Assembly: GCF_018350175.1 (NCBI RefSeq)
Contig: NC_058369.1
Coordinates: 2,668,001-2,732,000 of the forward strand
Source of the DNA: Felis catus
Taxonomy: Eukaryota
Length of the DNA stretch: 64,000 bases
Reading direction: 5' to 3'
Below are positions 61,523-64,000 of this stretch, piece after piece; position 1 is the first letter of the stretch; each line of letters opens with the position of its first letter. The notes under the pieces are model-generated. The model was not told where the DNA came from and made no database searches. It saw only the letters and a list, made by a program, of their open reading frames with translations. The position numbers were made by a program, and so were the translations under genes.

Positions 61523-62166
61523 TGAGGGAGAACATTAGTTAAACTCATTAAACCCTTACAAAGACCTCCTGGGGTGGGGGTGGGGGGGCGGTAGACTCAG
61601 TTATCCCACTTCACAGAGAGGCAGACTGAGGCTCAGAGAGTTTGTAAATTGCTCAAGCCACACATGAAGGGCTCAGGGCCACCTCCCGGAGCTTCTGAGG
61701 GTCCAGCAGCAGCGGGGGCGGGGGGTGCCCCCTCCTCAGAGGTTTAAGACCCCAGCCCCCACACCCCTTCTTTCCAGCAGCTATGACCTGTGTGTCCTCA
61801 TCCCTTCTTTGTCCTTCCCAGCAGCCCCCTGTGTTAAATTTGTCCCTAAACAAGCCCGAGGAGGGCTGGGATGTCCTGAGAGACCGCGAACGGCATTCTT
61901 GATTCTTCTGTGTCTTCCTACGTGCCCCGGAAAAGCAGTCCACGGGCCCCAGACAGCAGCGAGGGCTGTCACAGCATCAGCCAGGGCTGCTTAGACCGTG
62001 GTGGCCCCTCGGAATGCCTGACCACGCAGGGCACCCGGCCACGCAGGGGCAGGTGACGGAGCGAAAGCGGCAAGTGGCAGGCTGATGTTTACGTCTTCAG
62101 CATGGTGGCGGTGCGATCATTCAACACAAGATGTGGCCTCACGTTGGCACAGAAACATACACGTGT

Positions 62167-62167
<1 letters not shown>

Positions 62168-62204
<37 letters not shown>
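62168..62204. repeat. (GT)n microsatellite; compound (GT/GC)n at ~62658-62714
   Basis: Direct reading. Confidence 0.9.
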
Positions 62205-62205
<1 letters not shown>

Positions 62206-63450
62206 GTGTCTGGCATTGTGTTTCCCGCCACAAACGCAAATTCGTGGGTGGAAGTCCTAACTCCCCAGGACCTTGGAACGCGCAACCTCACGTGCCCATA
62301 GGGTCATCGCAGACATGCTGAGTTCAGATGACGTCACACGGGTATAGGGCAGTAGTGACCCACTGAAAAGGGAAATCCGGACACAGACACACGGGGCGAA
62401 GCCAGGTGACAAGGAAGGCAAAGAGATCGGGGCGGCACCTGATTAAGCCAAGGAACACCAAAGATGGCCAGTGACCCCCCCGGAAGCCGGACGGCCTGTG
62501 GCACATTCTCCCTCGGGGGCCTCAGAAGCAACCAGCGCTGATCAAGTCCTTGACGTTGGACTTCTAGGCCCCAGAAGTGTGAGGCGATACGTTCACAGTA
62601 GTTCAGGGCCCCGGTTTGTGGTGCTCTGCTGGTGCAAGTCCTAGAAAACGATCACTCTGTGCGTGTGTGCGTGTGTGCGTGTGCGTGTGTGTGCGTGTGT
62701 ATGTGTGTGTGTGTAGGAAAAGTTTTAGTAAACGTAACAAGCTGATAATGGGGAATATGGTGGACGGGCGGCGGCCTTAACTACACAGACTTTAAACGGA
62801 TTTCCACGTTATTTGCCTCGTAAGGTTAATTTCAAAAACAAAGAAGCTTAAGTCATCCTTAATGGATCTTGTATTTCCAGGTCTGCAGGTTGGGAGTCTC
62901 TTCCTGGCCTCCGACGACACAAATTTCTCCATGAAACGCAGAAATGGAGGCCAAAGAAAGGAACGCGCGCAATTTACGACTTTCGGCAGCCGTGGCTGCT
63001 GGTTTTCCCGCGAGCTGGGTCTTGAGAGGCCTTTATGTTGCTAAGAAAAAGCAAGGGGGGCGCGCCTGGCTGGCTCTGGCGGTGGAGCGCGCGCCTCTTG
63101 ATCCCGAGGTCGTGAGTTCAAGCCCCCATGTTGGGTGTGGAGGCTACGCAAAAGAAGAAAAAGAAAAAACGATTCGTCGTTTGGGGGCTGAAAGGATCTG
63201 CTCTTGAAATGCACGCAGGATGTCAAGTCGAACCGGATAAAGGCTGCTACTCGTAGACGTCGCTTGTTGGGGGGTGTGGGGGCGTGTGGATCGCATGAAA
63301 TGGGCTGAATCCACTGCAGATTGGACCGAAGACGCTTTTGTAATTTTTTCCAGAAAATGTCCGTGCCACGAGATGTTTTGTTTGTTTGTTTTCTCGATGC
63401 CAAGGAGCTGCAAATTGCCTTCAAAATCGACCTCAAAACACTTCATTGCT

Positions 63451-63690
63451 GGGGTGCCTGGGTGGCTCAGTCGGTTGAGCGTCCGACTTCAGCTCAGGTC
63501 GCGATCTCGCGGTCCGTGAGTTCGAGCCCCGCGTCGGGCTCTGGGCTGATGGCTCGGAGCCTGAAGCCTGCTTCCGGTTCTGTGTCTCCCTCTCTCTCTG
63601 CCCCTCCCCCGTTCATGCTCTGTCTCTCTCTGTCCCCAAAATAAATAAACGTTAAAAAAAACATTTAAAAAAAAAAAAAACAAAAAACAA
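63451..63690 (+). mobile_element. Young CAN-SINE (an older one lies at ~63056-63170)
   Basis: TSD aaaaca(c/g)ttcattgct. Confidence 0.9.
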
Positions 63691-64000
63691 AAACAGTTCA
63701 TTGCTTTTCGATGGACCAGAAGACCCCCGCCCCGGATTTCCTCAGGGGGTACCTTGGGAGTGGGGAAGACAGTTTCCAAGGCAACGCCAGGTCACTCAAG
63801 CCCGAGGGGGCGGGGCTTGGAGGGCGCGGCTTCCCCCGCCTCCCTGCGTGGACTTGTCACCTGGATTGTTTCTAGCCGAGCGGCGAGAGGCAAGGGTGAC
63901 CGACGAAGCAACAGCAGGGGCTGGATGGAGTCCGGGTCTGTCAAAATTCCAGGGCGCGGTCCTCTTACTCGACCCTGGGCTGCCTCGTAGGAAAACAGGT

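Overview
GC-rich mammalian genomic DNA. Dense tRNA-derived CAN-SINEs of the feliform (SINEC_Fc-like) type point to a cat-family genome; the species cannot be determined from the sequence. The gene content matches the block I recall from human 19p13.3. Four intact spliced protein-coding genes were reconstructed by hand, with GT-AG junctions and continuous frames: DOHH (+, 303 aa), FZR1/CDH1 (+, 493 aa, or 496 aa via an alternative donor), TEKTIP1/C19orf71 (+, 210 aa) and MFSD12 (-, 476 aa). DOHH, FZR1 and MFSD12 have CpG-island promoters. The rest is SINE, L1, L2, MIR, MaLR and hAT repeats plus microsatellites. Most ORFs in the six-frame track are GC-content or SINE artefacts. I found no convincing new gene system. 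The strongest unexplained structures cluster at DOHH: (1) a ~39-bp near-perfect inverted repeat covering the last 3' splice site; (2) a perfect TISU-type upstream AUG opening an out-of-frame overlapping ORF; (3) an orientation apparently inverted relative to FZR1 compared with human/mouse as I recall them. Also notable are a DNA-level inverted duplication of a SINE together with its flank, a premature stop two codons before a second in-frame stop in MFSD12, and repeated Tyr loss in TEKTIP1. All cross-species comparisons are from memory and need alignment.
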